In this document: positions 18,126 to 30,599 of the stretch, one piece after another | Position numbering within the stretch: position 1 is the stretch's first letter | How the letters are laid out: the number at the start of each line of letters is the position of its first letter | Source: Obrimoposthia wandeli | Taxonomy: Eukaryota | Reading direction: 5' to 3' | Length of the DNA: 64,000 nt | Assembly (NCBI GenBank): GCA_977020255.1 | Contig: CDROCS010000877.1 | Span: 1-64,000, forward strand | The notes under the pieces: generated by a model | What the model saw: only the letters and a program-made list of their open reading frames with translations | What the model was told of the DNA's origin: nothing | Databases searched by the model: none | Made by a program: the position numbers and the translations under genes

Positions 18126-18654
18126 CTTTAATATGTTGGGGTTTCTATACGAAACTTGGTACAGATCCTCTGAAATGCGGAGGGCCCCAACGTGAGTTCG
18201 AATAGAAGCAGGTCTTAAAGTTGGTCGTGGCCTACTTAGTGTTATGGTTGCCTATCTCTTGTACTATCTGAAGGTGTTTGATTTGACGTCTCTTAATCTG
18301 AAGGGTGCAAAAACAACTTGTTCTAATGTAGGAAATCGTTTATTGGTAATTCACGAAACTAAACACAACAATACGTTTATGTACGTATTTTCTAAAAAGT
18401 ATAGTAAAAATTCCTAAGACTTCTGTAAGTCTCTACAACAAGTGGGGATGAACCACGTATCGATTTTAAGGTTATGTTTTTTCTTCACCAGAGTCTTTAC
18501 TCTAAAACTACGAGCAGTTTACAGAGCCGTTGCTCTAAAAATATGAGTAATTTAGAGGGCTGATGTTTATAATAGGGAATAGTTTACAGAGCTGTTGCTC
18601 TAAAATAGGGAATGATTTGAATCGTAACTTTCCGGTTGGTTAAATGCCAACACT

Positions 18655-19615
18655 TCACCTTTTGATGATCAAAAACAATTTATCAATTTATGATCGATTT
18701 CTTACTCAATTAATTTCACCTTTAATGATGATCAAAACAATTTATCAAATCAAATTATTCTTCCAGATAATTTACTCGTTTACTTCTAATTCAATAATTT
18801 CACCTTTAACGATGATCAAAGCAATTAATCAAATCAAATTATTATTCCAGATAATTTACTCGTTTTACTGCTAATTCAATAATTTCACCTTTAATGATGA
18901 TCAAAACTTTATCAAATTAAATTATTATTCCAGATAATTTACTCGTTTACTTCTAATTCAATAATTTCACCTTTAATGATGATCAAGACTTTATCAATCA
19001 AATTATTATTCAAGATAAATTACTCGTTTACTTCTAATTCAATAATTTCACCTTTAATGATGATCAAAACAATTTATCAAATCAAATTATTATTCAAGAT
19101 AAATTACTCGTTTACTTCTAATTCAATAATTTCACCTTTAATGATGATCAAGACTTTATCAATCAAATTATTATTCAAGATAAATTACTCGTTTACTTCT
19201 AATTCAATAATTTCACCTTTAATGATGATCAAAACAATTTATCAAATCAAATTATTATTCAAGATAAATTACTCGTTTACTTCTAATTCAATAATTTCAC
19301 CTTTAATGATGATCAAATTATTATTCAAGATAAATTACTCGTTTACTTCTAATTCAATAATTTCACCTTTAATGATGATCAAATTATTATTCAAGATAAA
19401 TTACTCGTTTACTTCTAATTCAATAATTTCACCTTTAATGATGATCAAATTATTATTCAAGATAAATTACTCGTTTACTTCTAATTCAATAATTTCACCT
19501 TTAATGATGATCAAATTATTATTCAAGATAAATTACTCGTTTACTTCTAATTCAATAATTTCACCTTTAATGATGATCAAATTATTATGCCAGATAATTT
19601 ACGCGTTTACCTCTA
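18655..19615. repeat. Tandem array, 66-bp core with 81/84-bp variants
   Basis: AAGATAAATTACTCGTTTACTTCTAATTCAATAATTTCACCTTTAATGATGATCAAA repeats (19261, 19327, ...). Confidence 0.95.
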
Positions 19616-19974
19616 ATTTGCTGCACGGAACTTGATCCTCCGTTGGGTCCGTTCTAATCGACTTCGCTCAGAGTCGCTTGTCCACACCTCTTTCCGGGTA
19701 TCCTTCAGTTCGCCGAGACGATCCCGGAGTGCTGTAGAGTTGAGATCTAGTACGTCCGGTTACACGGGGAAATTGTTCTCTTTCGGCTTCTTTCTCGTAT
19801 GAACTCGAATTGCCTCAAATCTGTTTTCTCTCTCGTCTGCGAATTCGAATTGTCTTAGATCTGCTTTCTCGTCTGGAAATCAGAATAATTGCTTTATTCT
19901 CTAAAATCGATTACCTTGTGATTTGATGGCTCCTTTATATATTTATCTGATTTATTTTTGCAGCTGAGTTACTT

Positions 19975-20295
19975 TCTCATCTTTATGTGCGATCCGATTA
20001 TTTGCACTGATTTATTTTGCAGCGCTTTCTCGTCTTTATGTGCGATCCGATTATTTGCACTGATTTATTTTGCAGCGTTTTCTCGTCTTTACGTGCGATC
20101 CGATTATTTGCACTGATTTATTTTGCAGCGCTTTCTCGTCTTTATGTGCGATCCGATTATTTGCACTGATTTATTTTGCAGCGTTTTCTCGTCTTTACGT
20201 GCGATCCGATTATTTGCACTGATTTATTTTGCAGCGCTTTCTCGTCTTTATGTGCGATCCGATTATTGGTACCGATTTATTTTGCAGCTAAGTTA
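19975..20295. repeat. Tandem array of 6 x 53 bp with alternating A/B variants
   Basis: GTGCGATCCGATTA at 19987, 20040, 20093, 20146, 20199, 20252. Confidence 0.95.
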
Positions 20296-22306
20296 CTTTC
20301 TGTCTATCTTGTCAACTGATGACTCCTTTATATAGTCGTTTTCTCTAGAAATAAATATAATTAATTTGCACTTAGCTTAAGTGCACCTACCTCTCTGATT
20401 TGTATCCGACTAATGGATTATTCCTGCTGCGGCTAATGGGTAGAGTAATCTTGCTGCAGCTAAATTGATGGAGTAATCTTGCTACACTCTAATTCCACTT
20501 ACTTTGTCGAGATTGTGATGTCGGCTGGCTTAATTCGCAGTGTTCTGTTCCTGCTCTAATGGACTGGTTGTCTGGTTCGTTTTTCTCGACTTTCTTATAT
20601 CTTCTTAATTACACTTAGTTTTTCTTTCTTTATTCTTAATCACTCTCAGTTTTCTGGAGTCTAATTCTTTTTTGGGGCCCTTTTAATAGATTTAAACTCC
20701 TATATATATTTACGCACTATACACGACCTTCGTGGTCCTAATATTTAATTTCCTTTACTTTTAATATTTTTAATTCTAATTTTTAATTTTTTATTTAATT
20801 TACAACCTTGCTTTCACGGATTCTTATTCTACTATAAATTCGATTAATTATTTTATTTTTATTAATTCCTAAACCTAACACATAGATTAATAATTTTACA
20901 AATTGATTTTTTTCGTAAATTTCCAACCGGGTATTTGAATAGTTTCCAATATGACGATGAAAAATCTTCATTAAAAAAAGGAAAAACTGAATCAATTTTA
21001 ACAATGAATTCTACGGTAAAAATTTGCAAATTTGTAAAAAAATATGTAAATTTATAAATTCAATAAAACTAGAAATCAGATAAAAAATGTCTATTTAAAT
21101 TCTAAAAAATTAACCAAAACTTTCAATACAGAAAAAAGTGAAAGTAAAAATAAAAATTCAACATGTCGGACAAAATAAATAAAATATCCGGATATATTAC
21201 AATGTCCAACAACAAAGGTACCCAATTTTTCATGTTTGGATATCTGAGAAAAAAAAACCTATATGTAATTTTACGATAACCTTTTTAACTTAAAAACACT
21301 TTTAGTACTGCCATGAAAATGAATTAATGTATAATTTGATTTTGAGCATGTGTTAATTAAAAGAGAAAAATTCAGTAAGAAAAATATAGATATGATAGTA
21401 ATAATAATTCCAAAGATTCTTTCTGAATTATTTTAAAAAAATAAAAATTAAAACGATTACAGTATTATCAAAATGTTAGGACAAGGGATGTTTCTCTTCT
21501 TAAGGAAGTTTCTAATGTGGTGAGTTCTTAAAGATAAAGGACTTGTGTAGGAGGCTTACCATGTGTATTCTTAATCTGAAGCTATTGTATGTTTTAATGT
21601 AAATATTTTAACTAGTTTACTGTATTTTTGGATCTGATGAAATTATGCTGAGCCGCCAGGATTGGTGTCTTACAAATTACTATTAAAAATAGTAAAATAT
21701 ATATTAAAAACATTCAATTAAATTGACACAAAACAGGTTAATTTAATAAAAGGTAACGCTTAATATAAAAATAGTTTAAAAATATATTGGTAATACGATT
21801 AATAATTGTTAATCAAGTTTAAACAGTAAAATGGTGTCGAAATCCTAATCATATATGCAGTTTTATATTTTCCAGAAAGCTACAACGGTTTATCTTTATC
21901 AGGTACAAGTTGTTGATATAAAAGTTTTCCCGCTTTTATTAAAAACACATATTTGAATATTGAAATACAGGTTTAGTCGTATGTTAGATTTATTTTAAAA
22001 TTTTGTTTGTCTTATAATTATTATACCAACTTACAACAAATTTTACATGAATAATATACGATAAAATTATTTTTTATCAATTATATCATACACAATAAAA
22101 TATATTATATTGTGTAAAAGTTTAAATAAAAAAAGAAATTTGTATAATTTATTAAAACATTATTAAACTATTATGTTCAAAAATAAAATGTATATTATAA
22201 AAATAAATTTTTATAAATAGAAACAAACTATATTTATATATATATATATCTACAAGTCAATACTGATATAAATTATATAGCATTATATAAATTTAAATTA
22301 TATTCT

Positions 22307-23209
22307 TTGTTTGAATATTCTTTATTAAAAACAAAAATGGTGGCAATTCTAATGATCGTGTTTATGTCGTTTATGGAAAATAAAGTTCAATCTTTTGCGG
22401 ATGTAATTGAATGTTACAGTCTGAATAAATCTCAGTCAATGGATAATTTTAAGGGGAGGAGTTATTTTCAACACCAAACCTGTGTTAAATGTTTCGATGC
22501 AGGACTTTTGAAAATCTCCAACAAACTCTTGAAAATATCGGATAACAATATCAAGTTATTGGAGAAGTCTTTGACCAAGTTAATGACACATTATAAGTAC
22601 AAAAACTCGACTAAATGTGATCTTTTATGCAGTGATCCGAAAAGTATGAGGGGCCCGGTACTCAACCAACAACAAATCTGTGAAAAATCTTTAGATGCAG
22701 AACATTTGAAAATCTCCAACAAACTCTTGAAAACATCGGATAACAATATCAAGTTATTGGAGAAGTCTTTGACCAAGTTAATGACACATTATAAGTACAA
22801 AAACTCTACTAAATGTGATCTTTTATGCAATTATTCAAAAAATATTAACACCCCTTGTAAAATTTGCTCTCAAAATGTCGGTATTAAATATTTCATTATA
22901 TGTATGATAATTGTATTGTCTTTAATATTAGGCATATATATTTTTTTTATACTCAAGGAATACTATACCGACTATTTGGAATTAATCATGCTTGTATTTG
23001 AAAAACTACTTGTTATTGTATTCAAAATATTATATAAATATTGTTGCCCAGTCCATATTTTTCTGTATTCACTGTATTTGATACACTGCATAATAATAAT
23101 CCTTTGTAGGTATTTAGAAGCCAAAAGGAGCAAAGATAAAAATAAACGCCGTATTTGGATTAAGTTCTCAATTAGTTGTTTATTATCAATTGTGTTTATT
23201 TGTATGTGA
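22307..23209 (+). CDS. Orphan intronless membrane protein with signal peptide, 66-aa internal duplication and C-terminal TM helices
   Basis: 300-aa ORF in very AT-rich DNA; 198-bp direct repeat (~22496 and ~22694) that keeps the frame; hydrophobic segments at both ends. Confidence 0.5.
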   Translation: MFEYSLLKTKMVAILMIVFMSFMENKVQSFADVIECYSLNKSQSMDNFKGRSYFQHQTCVKCFDAGLLKISNKLLKISDNNIKLLEKSLTKLMTHYKYKNSTKCDLLCSDPKSMRGPVLNQQQICEKSLDAEHLKISNKLLKTSDNNIKLLEKSLTKLMTHYKYKNSTKCDLLCNYSKNINTPCKICSQNVGIKYFIICMIIVLSLILGIYIFFILKEYYTDYLELIMLVFEKLLVIVFKILYKYCCPVHIFLYSLYLIHCIIIILCRYLEAKRSKDKNKRRIWIKFSISCLLSIVFICM

Positions 23210-25562
23210 CTAATTAGTTGTAATTAGTTTTCTCAATTAGTTGTATATTATCAATTGTGTTTATTTTTATGTGACTAATGTTATTTTGTTACAACATTTA
23301 GTTTTCATTTTGTGTATGGCTTTCATAGATTTTCAATAAATGCTACTACTTTTAGTTGTTTGCCATCAAATAAATTGTTTTGACTTTTGATATCATTCTG
23401 TTATCAATTCTTTGTCCTATTTTATCACTACATTGTCGCTTTGGAACCTTGCGTATTCCATCTTTTACTTAAACTTGGTACACCTCTAGTAAAGCTTTGA
23501 TTTATCTGTATTCTGAATTTGAGGGTTCATTGTTGTGTATTATTATTTTATATATACAATTTGCAGAATAAGTGTTTATTACTGCGATCTAGCTCGGGTT
23601 GAGTGACAAATGTAGAGTGTAGTACATTTTTGATTGGGTCTGTTCTTGTCTGTTTTTACAGGACAAAAGTAATAATTCATAGTTTGCCAGTGTCATAGAT
23701 CAGTATATATTCTTATTCATGTTCACTCCATTATTATTCCATTCATAATTATAGATTTTAATTAAATACGGAATTTATACAATTGAGATGCAAATAAAAA
23801 TATAATTAGAATTTTTACAGAAAAATTTATGCTACCAGATGATGGACACGACATTAAGGTTCGCGTTCAGTTTCGATGGAAATGTATTATATAAAGCTGT
23901 AGGTAAAAGAGGGCTTCAGAGTTATGCTGGGGCTTCAAGGTATAAGATTGTAAATTCGAAAAATCTTCTTATTTATTTTTGACGGATGCTATGAAATTAT
24001 ATCTATTAAATTTTGTAAAAGGGATTTCAAATTTGATGACAATGTTTTAATTGACTGCAGGAACTATATCCGATAAGTATGGAACACATTCATTTGACAA
24101 TCGCCGAATTATGTAAAAATATAACCGTAAAAGTTAAAAGATTGCACTTTCATAATAAAAATTAAGTTTTTGAGGGTGAGAATAAAGAATAAGAACCTCA
24201 GTATTTTCCCATGTACGATCACAGTTGGGTTTTGCTACCTGGTAGCAGTTGTATTATAAATGGATTTTGGTGCTTCACATGAGCAAGCAGTTTCACATCG
24301 CACCAGTGTCAATTAGATCATAGTCAAAGTTGAAGGAATTGCTAGTTCAGGAATCAGTTAATAGTCTTTTTGATGCCAGTTTTGAAATGATCAAAGTTTC
24401 GCTGACGCTCAAACTCGACCATCAATTGCGGACGAAAATTGACCACGAACCCCCTCCGTTGTGTGTCAGTTGTATTCCCGCGACTGAAATGGAGAGCAAG
24501 TTTCAATAACAAAGAAACCTGTCAAATACAGAAATCACAAAATTGTAAACTTAAAATTTGTCTTTGAAAATTTTCAGAAGATTGACGGATGATTGGGGGT
24601 CAGAAATCCCTTTTATTGAAATCAGGCAACGGACATGAAAACATTAAATATGCTTACAGTAGAATTATGCGACATGCTTGTAAATAGTACGGCAATGTAA
24701 TGTTACTAAAAGATCTGTAAACGTTCTAAAGAATTCCTATTGAACATTTAATGAAATTTAAACAAAAACATTCTTTATAAATATGATTTTCTTGTGAAAT
24801 GTTTTTCTCTATATTTTATCACAGATACAGTGATCAAGAAGGAAAGATAAACAAACTAATCTGACTATGTTAATTAATTTCAGATATTTTTTGCATAGTT
24901 ATACATTGATAGAGAAAATTGTGACATAAAAACAATGTTACATAATAATTTTAATATAAACTATAATCACTCAGTGTTGGATAAATACATGATGATCGCA
25001 AAAATGTAACACAGTTTGGTGTTGCACATAGACAGATAACACTCTTCTTAAAAGGCGTTACAGATATAGTTATCGTACTTTTTTAATGTAATGCCTTATT
25101 TTATTTCTAAAACCCTTCCATCAACGCTCACTTCTATTTCGACACGGCAAAAATACTACACATCAAACTACGCGTGTATTTTAGCAGAAGGGAAATTTCC
25201 CGTATGACATTGTCGGTTCACTTTCGGAAAAATGATCACATGATAACTTAAAATGTGAGTAATTATGCATAAAAATATTTTGAGCTAAATCTAAAGTTTA
25301 AATAGTTACACAATTTATCAAAATGTTTACATGAAAAGTTATAAATAGTTGGATAACTGGTAAAATTGTTAAAATTTTGTGAATAATATTTTTAAAGTGT
25401 TTCTATTTAAATATAGTTACAATATTAAAATTTATCCAATTTTTAATTTTTTCCAATTACTTATAAATGTAATCTGTTGGTTATATTTGTCCTAGTAATT
25501 GAGTAATTGAAGTAAAACAAATATTTTAAAATTTCAGCTAATTTAAGGGCTACGATATTATA

Positions 25563-26518
25563 TATGATGTGTTTAAAAAGTTCCCGGACTGACCTAATAT
25601 CTTTAATCACAAGACACTTAAACTTAAATTTTCTTTTGTGAATAAAGGTTCATATTATTAGTAAATATATATATATAAAAATAAGTATTTTAAATAATAT
25701 ATTTAATCAATATTTAAGTTTATCTAGAAACATTATCTTCAATTGTCGCGAAATGCAATTATGTAAACTGGATTACCGATCTTATATATTTTTGGAATTT
25801 AAAAGAGGCGTATCTGCAACAGAAATTTATAATAATCTACAAGAAATTGATTCGAATTAAGACGAACAACTGTATTTGAATGGTATCGAAGATTTAAAAA
25901 TGGAAATGAAAATTTATTTGACAATCCAAGAAATGGAAGACCAGTTACAAGTCTCACTTAAGTTAACATTGATGCAGTGAAAAATGCATTGGATGAAGAT
26001 CCAAGAATTAGTCAACGAATGACAAGTTATGCAATTGGTGAAAGCAAAGATTCAGCAAGATCAATTTTAATCAAAAAATTGGGATTTCGTAAATTATGCT
26101 CTAGGTTCCGTTGTAAAATAAACCAAACCAAGCTCTCACAATTGTGGTGGCAGCATGGTAATGCAAGGTCACACACGTCTTTAGAGACTCCACACTTTTT
26201 ACAAAGACGAAAGGTTTTCTAATAAAACAGGCTCTATATAGTTCAGATACAAATTTATTTAATTTAAAATTTTAAAATCTAAATTTAGAAAAAAATGCAT
26301 TTAAAAGCAATCGTGAAATGATAGATTTTTCGCGCCAAGTCATGAAGTATCTTGAAGAAAATGAATACGAGAATCAATTAAAGAAATTTATTGCGGATTG
26401 TAAGAAAAAAATAGAGTTAAGTGGTTGATATATTTCTTAAATATATGTATTATTCTTATTTTATATTTTCAATTAGATTATATTAGGTCAGTCCGGAAAC
26501 GTTATAGACACACCATAT
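25563..26518 (+). mobile_element. Internally deleted mariner (Tc1/mariner) element
   Basis: ~38-bp TIRs (ATGATGTGTTTAAAAAGTTCCCGGACTGACCTAATA and its inverse) flanked by TA; transposase remnants EWYRRFKNG..DNPRNGRP..LGFRKLCSR and QHGNARSHTS. Confidence 0.85.
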
Positions 26519-27793
26519 AATTTGGTTACTTCTGAGTTGATAAAGTTTTCATATTATGGTTTGTTTTTGTTTCTGTTTTTAAAATTATTTCAGTAACCTT
26601 CAAACATCTGGTTTTTCAGAGTTAATCAAAGTTAAAATTTCGTATTGATTTAAGACATCAATACACATTTTAATAATATCACATATAATCTCAGTATACA
26701 AAGTTCTGATTCAGTTGAATGAAAGCATCTGTAAGTCGATTGAAAAACAAGAATAATTTGATAAGAATTAAAAATCCATTAATTATTGTAGCAGTATTTC
26801 AATACTTTTGACAGAAATATAATACTTTTTCCGCCTTCCTCTTTCTCCAACTTCTTATCACCTGTCTTCCAGTTATTCTTCATTTGTTATTGCTGACATC
26901 GAAGCAAACCCTATTCAAATCCATATTTCTAGTTAATTGGAACAATAACATCCAATCTCTCTTTCAAAGTCGAATTTTATAACTCAACAGATTTGATGCA
27001 TCACTGAAACTAAATTAGATACAACGATTTTTTCAGATTAAGTCAAATATTCTAAAAAGTAATATCAGGAATCTTTTGACAGATAAAACGAAAGGTTTTT
27101 TCGAATTAATGTTTTGTGAAATTAATTGTAATAGAAAAATAGTTACTTTACTCGGCTTAAGATAAAGGTGTCGTTTATATTTGAAACATCAGAATTGTAG
27201 CTAATCATTTTCTTAGTTTCCCCTCTTATGGCCTACATCTTAATTAAGACAAGTACCAATAAATCTACAGTACTTTCAAATTCATTTAATATACACATGG
27301 GTGTATTTTATGAGTAGTTACAACGTTCACATGTTTGATTCGGAGATTGCACATACTTTGCCAGATAATATATATCTAGTAGCGATGTAGGGTGTAAATG
27401 TATATTGGAATCAACGGTAAGTGGTTATCATTAAATATTATACAGCCAAGATCGTTTAAATACTGACTAATTATAAAACTTATCAACATTATAAAATCTA
27501 AATTTTAAACGATGTTATTTAATTCAATTTTAAAAAAATTTTCTCAAACCAACATATTACATTATAACTTTGACTATTTTCCCATGTCGCGAAAGCCAAT
27601 ACGTCACATGGCGACTAGGCCGGTGTCTATTCCGGAAATGGGCCTTGACATGTAACATCGAATATACATTATGGTTCTACCGCTACGCCTATTAAGCCGT
27701 TCCCTTGGTTTGCTAAATGTAACACTTTTTCACAGTGTTGTCATTGATTGTGTAGACTCAGAAACAACGAAAGAGTTAATTAGGGATTATTGC

Positions 27794-28114
27794 CTAATAC
27801 TCAAAGACGCAATCCAGATTCCCCGACCTGTAGTGCAGCGTGCGTCCCGAGTGTCCGGTGAGTTCTCCCGGCTGCAGAGTCACTGGTGTGCCCTCGGACT
27901 CATCTCCATCATAGCATTGCAGATGCTTGCCCAGCTGGAAGAGGCGATGGGGCCTCAGCGGCTGCAGGTGCGAGCCGGGCACGAACCACATACATCCATT
28001 GGACACTGTGGTGCGGTCCAGGGCCACCCAGAAGGAGACCGCCCGCTTGTCAGGCATATCTAGCCAGTATGACTCGTCAGAGTGCCATGCCGTCTTGGTG
28101 TCAGAACCCGGTTC
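27794..28114 (-). pseudogene. GC-rich fragment of a PhyH-family (phytanoyl-CoA dioxygenase-like) 2OG-Fe(II) oxygenase
   Basis: EPGSDTKTAWHSDESYWLDMPDKRAVSFWVALD..NGCMWFVPGSH..LQPG..HSGRTLHY: HxD and distal His retained; ~60% GC counted over three 60-nt lines. Confidence 0.8.
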
Positions 28115-28766
28115 CTGACATTGCAGCCGTTATTCCATGGCCGCTTTGCAGTGACAAATGCATTTCTACAACTACTAGAGAATATGCAGTGAATACTCGA
28201 TTTACGGTTTTGTGCTTCGTTGATCTGACAAATAAAAGAAAATCCAACGAAATGTCGGAAGTGTAATGAATTTGTCGTCAGAAAAACTTCCAGGGCGTGT
28301 GGAAAAAGAGAGCAGGGTCTGCTAGATAAAGACAGTTTGTCCAAACACTAAAAGCTTTCAAAATACCGACATCTTGTCGTTTGAAAATGTTCAAGGAAAG
28401 CCAAACTAACAGTATATTTCATATGATTTCTCCTATTAATCTTAGTTCGAAGTTTCAAGAAATAACCGGTAAACATTTTGACTAGAGGTGGAAATTATTT
28501 TCATAATTTAACCGATTTTGGGTTTTAGTCTGAGCCATATATGCACCATCAATTAATTTTGTGTGTGGAAATAGTGGATGAGACTACTGTTGAAAGACTT
28601 GTGCGATATGTGGTCGAGCAAACCGGTTTGGCATTTTCTGTTGACCAATGCCAGACCCATGTGCTGTAATTTATGGCACATTGCACGATCTCTGACCAAT
28701 GGACCAGGCCAACTGCAGACGACCAAACAGTCGCCATAACCTTCATCGTGTCTGGAAGATTCATTA

Positions 28767-28945
28767 CAGTAATTATTCACCTGTAAGGGTATTCATTAAA
28801 ACATGTTTTTGAGAGAGACCGACACCGAATCACTTATAGATGCATTATTTAAAAGCTTGGAAAGGTACTATTATAGGTGAAGCGTGAAATTTTCGGTGAC
28901 CGGACACCCTTATAGGTGGGACCCCTTATAGGTGAATAATTACTG
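28767..28945. mobile_element. 179-bp Tc1/pogo-type MITE, present only in the left arm
   Basis: TIR CAGTAATTATTCACCT(G/A)TAAGGG, TA duplication; the right arm shows the empty site GATTCATTACAGTTCAATC. Confidence 0.88.
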
Positions 28946-28959
28946 TACAGTTCAATCAT

Positions 28960-29330
28960 CGAACTGATCACTGCCAGATGTCTTATAGGGTCTACCTTTC
29001 ATCACAAATCCCAATACGATCCGAATTGGATCATTTGTTGCCCAAAAGAAACCCGTACCATTTGTTTTCTTGTGGCATACACCTGTCAAATTCAATTTAC
29101 TTTCCAATTACTTGTAATGAAACGGCCTTCAAATCAGTTGATCAGCTTCAACTGAAGTCTTCAAGTATTGGTACGTTTACTGTTATTACCCTCTTCACCT
29201 TCAAAGTCCTTTTCTTCACCCCTAGACATCTGAACCAACGTCCAAACATGCTTTTAACAATGCTGATGCACGTTGGTATCGTGGGTTGTTCACGATGATT
29301 CGCGTCCCATCTTGAACTAACTACTTCGAT
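28960..29330 (-). pseudogene. Possible piggyBac transposase core fragment
   Basis: Broken frames give FEGRF and CMPQENKWYGFLL, resembling FKGR..YMPxKPxKWGFK; mirror copy at ~57960-58320. Confidence 0.4.
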
Positions 29331-29989
29331 ATTTTTCCAGATCTTTCTTACCTGCCTGTCATATTGTCAAAAATTAATTTGAATTACAAATAAACTTATA
29401 GATTAGTAGATAAATGTAGATAAAAATTTTATAATAAATTCACCAACTTTTAATAAAATCCGCCTTTTATTGACAATGTAATTTCTAATCGTATTAAATA
29501 TACTTCGGATGTTACCCTAAGGACACCGAGCTTTAATCAATTAAAAAATATAATTTAAAACCAACTTGAAAGCTGCAGAAAATGAGATTTTATTGCAGTA
29601 AAGATTGTTTCCGTGTCGAAAATCGACCAATCTTAGACGCTATCAAAATGCGAAGATGTCAAGAAAATTGAGCTTAAAGATTCAGGCGTGTAAAACTCTA
29701 TTATCATGGAGTAGAAATGAGAAACGTAAACATGTATGAGTTCGATAAATACAAATGCAGCACAAACGCAGCGCAAACGCAGTAACAATGAATTGACAAC
29801 CAAAGACCAAAAGTAGAAACACAAACGGTTGCCGTTATGTCACACAGCACACATTTGGACTGGTTTTGAGTTACGTAATAAGGCAATACCCATAAATTGG
29901 TGCTTCAGCTAATTCTAATTTGAATTTCAACTTGAAACTTTCGGCAACTGTTGATAACTTAATTGATAATTAATCATAAGTAATTTTTA

Positions 29990-30599
29990 TGTATATCAAT
30001 AAAAATTCACAGTCGAATATCAAACTGTCACTATCAAGTTTTAGTCGTTTCCTCGATTCCACTCACTTTGCAAATAAGAAAGTTGAAATCCTCAACAGCG
30101 TCGTCGCCCAGCAGGAATTTAGCTAGCAATTCGCATTTCTTGTGAATTGGGCCCTGCAAAAGAAAATAAGTAACCAAAGTTTAAGGGAAAACTCCCAAAT
30201 TGACACCTCCGAACATTAAAATAATATATTTTTAGAAAAGGTAGATATTTATAAGACACCATTCATAACTGCTAAATACCGGTAAAGTTGAGGAATTTTC
30301 AACTAATTGATCAAATTGGTCATTTTCCGTCCATGAATGAACATAAATACCGTACGAGATGCAAACAATGTCAAATCCTAACCCAAACAAATTGTCTTAA
30401 ATGTGACGTTCATTTGTGTATTCGTCCTGAACGAAATTGTTTTTGGAGTATCATGTATAAATTAATTCACGTATACCCATTGGTTATCAGTGTATCCAAT
30501 AGGATACATGCTAGATAAGGGTGTTCATAATATATTCTTGAAATCTTTTTATTCTTTTGTTATTTATTTTTTTTAAAAACTGGTAACTGAAAGGGTTAA
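29990..30599 (+). mobile_element. piggyBac remnant: transposase fragments, C-terminal Cys-rich domain and right end
   Basis: SRFLDSTHFAN; DQIGHFP..RCKQC..CLKCDVHLC..NCF; terminal ..AAAGGG followed by TTAA (30596-30599). Confidence 0.75.

Larger units (their letters stand above)
1..20723 (-). mobile_element. Giant Ty3/gypsy LTR retrotransposon with env-like glycoprotein and many captured domains (Burro-like size); 3' end outside the window
   Basis: Gag with CCHC knuckle, DTG proteases, RT (YIDD), RNase H, then integrase with GPY/F motif (gypsy order RT-RH-IN); PBS at 18107-18125; TG LTR end at 18134. The right boundary (20723) is tentative. Confidence 0.93.
18134..20723 (-). repeat. Probable 5' LTR (~2.6 kb) with internal tandem arrays
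   Basis: Ends ..CCCCAACA next to the PBS; candidate TGTA start at 20723, after which the sequence becomes very AT-rich. No second LTR in the window to confirm. Confidence 0.55.

Noticed and set aside
18107-18201. tRNA-Met gene
   Set aside because: Only 3' pieces, in split order and including CCA; no D or anticodon arm. It is a primer-binding structure.
18976-19635. 219-aa ORF
   Set aside because: Just the translation of the 66/81/84-bp array (unit lengths divisible by 3).
17565-20295. Tandem arrays as CRISPR
   Set aside because: Units are head-to-tail with no unique spacers, no cas genes, eukaryotic context.
23640-24120. Small spliced gene (exon-like KNLCYQMMDTTLRFAFSFDG..)
   Set aside because: AG/GT boundaries exist but exon phases do not join without a stop and no family was recognised.
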